DNA of 24,000 nucleotides. It comes from Enterococcus phage vB_EfaM_A2. Positions 22,634 through 24,000 of the stretch are shown one piece after another; within the stretch, counting starts at the first letter, position 1, and every line of letters starts with the position of its first letter. The stretch is taken from sequence record MT856905.1; one strand, written 5' to 3'. A model generated the notes under the pieces. That model had not been told where the DNA came from and did not search any database. It worked only from the letters and a program-made list of their open reading frames with translations. The position numbers were made by a program, and so were the translations under genes.

Positions 22634-23422
22634 ATGCAAGAGAAGTATAATATTTTCGTTCCCATTGACGTAGCAGGTTCCGTAGAGAAATCTGAACAGG
22701 CAAACGATGGTGAATGGTACGTACAGGGTTATGCTACAACGCCTGACCTTGACTTGCAAGGAGACATTATTTTACCACAGGGAATTGACATTTCTTACTT
22801 TGTTACTAAAGGGTGGGTAAACTACGAACATAAACAAGATGCAGAATACATTATTGGTGTACCAACTGACAACTGTTATGTAGACCTTAATAAAGGTTTG
22901 TTCGTGGAAGCTAAACTTATGAAAGAAAGCAAGTATGCTCAATCAATGTGGCAGTTAGCTAATACCATTCAAAAATCAGGAATCTCACGTCAGTTAGGTT
23001 TCTCAATTGAAGGGGCAGTTACAAGTCGAAATGCAAGAGACAATCGTATTATTGAGGGTGTGGCTATCAGAAACGTAGCATTAACTACACATCCTGCTAA
23101 CCCACAAGCTACGTGGGAAACACTTGTTAAGTCTTGGACAACAGGGTATGGAATTACTCCTGAGACACAGACAGATGCAGGAGCATTACGTAGAGAGATG
23201 TTTAAAGAAGACATCACAAATCTAACATATGCAGTGAAGACAGTAGCTAAGTTGTATGGTAAAAAACCCGAAGATAAAGAGTTTATATTACGTGAAGTTG
23301 CTAAGAGTTTTGACCAAGAAACCTCTGAACCAGAGTTAAGTGCATTTATGTTACAATTAACTAGAGGGGTTTCCTTACAGGAAGCTAACAACTTCATTGA
23401 AAGTAGAAAGGAGCTAAAATAG
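22634..23422 (+). CDS. prohead protease
   Basis: VQGYATTPDLDLQGDIILP, GWVNYEHKQDAEYIIGVP, GFSIEGAV. Confidence 0.9.
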   Translation: MQEKYNIFVPIDVAGSVEKSEQANDGEWYVQGYATTPDLDLQGDIILPQGIDISYFVTKGWVNYEHKQDAEYIIGVPTDNCYVDLNKGLFVEAKLMKESKYAQSMWQLANTIQKSGISRQLGFSIEGAVTSRNARDNRIIEGVAIRNVALTTHPANPQATWETLVKSWTTGYGITPETQTDAGALRREMFKEDITNLTYAVKTVAKLYGKKPEDKEFILREVAKSFDQETSEPELSAFMLQLTRGVSLQEANNFIESRKELK

Positions 23423-24000
23423 TGTCTAAAACAATTAATGACATTATCGAAGATTTCGATTCAAAAGTGAATGTACAGGAAGTATCTAAATCTATTGAAG
23501 ATGAAAATGTAGAGCCTGTACAGGAAGAACAAATTGAAACACCAGAAGCTGTTGAAGAAGGTGTAGAAAATGACAAGCCGGAAGAACAGCCTGTTGAAGC
23601 TGAGGAAGTTAAAGAGGATGTTGAACCAGAATCCGAACCTATTGAATCAGATGAAAAACCAGAAACAGAATCCGAAGTCGCAGAAGAAGCTACTGAACCA
23701 GAAGTGGAAAAAGTAGAAAAATCTGATAAAGAATCCGATAAAGAAGATGAGGAAAAAAAATCTTCTGATGATGAGGACGACAAAGAGGATAAAAAGGATA
23801 AGAAAAATAAAAAAGCTGACAAAGAAGATAAAGATGAAAAAGATAAAGACAAAGAAGATGTTAAAAAATCTGATGAGTCCGAAGACGTAGAAAACGTTGA
23901 AAAATCTGCTATCTCTTCCCAAGATATTGTCGGTGGATTCGAAGTTGTATTCAAAAATATGGCAAACCTTTTTGAAACTCAAAAATCTTTAACTGATACT
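23422..24000 (+). CDS. highly acidic Glu/Asp/Lys-rich head/scaffold-like protein (continues past window)
   Basis: GTG start at 23422 overlapping the protease stop; 193 open codons MSKTINDIIEDFDSKVNVQEVSK...; AAAGGAG upstream. Absent from the track because it runs off the window. Confidence 0.8.
   Translation, partial: MSKTINDIIEDFDSKVNVQEVSKSIEDENVEPVQEEQIETPEAVEEGVENDKPEEQPVEAEEVKEDVEPESEPIESDEKPETESEVAEEATEPEVEKVEKSDKESDKEDEEKKSSDDEDDKEDKKDKKNKKADKEDKDEKDKDKEDVKKSDESEDVENVEKSAISSQDIVGGFEVVFKNMANLFETQKSLTDT

Noticed and set aside
23394-23982. Minus ORFs 23394..23954 and 23647..23982 (Ser- and Phe-rich)
   Set aside because: Mirror frames of the Glu/Asp/Lys-rich plus-strand CDS; composition is a codon-complement artefact.

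Overview
The window looks like part of a large myophage genome of the SPO1-like/herellevirus type, with a Gram-positive (probably Enterococcus-like) host. This host/family call is inference from gene content, not a database match. The left ~10.5 kb is read on the minus strand. It is a dense stable-RNA locus: about 24 well-supported tRNAs, several tRNA-like RNAs with abnormal architecture, a phage-encoded tmRNA (3572-3919) with a readable tag peptide AVNITAKNEELLAVA*, and a 582-nt ORF-free RNA candidate closed by a perfect 15-bp helix (9375-9956; ROOL/GOLLD-like). Small proteins and an AAA+ ATPase are interspersed. The locus ends at a TROVE/Ro60-like (DUF2828-like) gene running off the left edge. 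From 12 kb onward the plus strand carries terminase genes, a lysis/peptidoglycan-hydrolase block, portal, prohead protease and an acidic probable scaffold/head protein. The strongest candidate for something undescribed is at 520-915 and 1901-1986. There, tRNA 3' halves precede their matching 5' halves (circularly permuted tRNA-like RNAs), two of them bounded by a ~67-nt element that covaries as a structured RNA. This sits beside a TROVE-like gene, suggesting phage Y-RNA-like/tRNA-mimic RNAs or permuted tRNAs. A second notable item is a pair of ~135-bp MITE-like palindromic repeats (10737-10874 and 14919-15052). All folding was done by eye.
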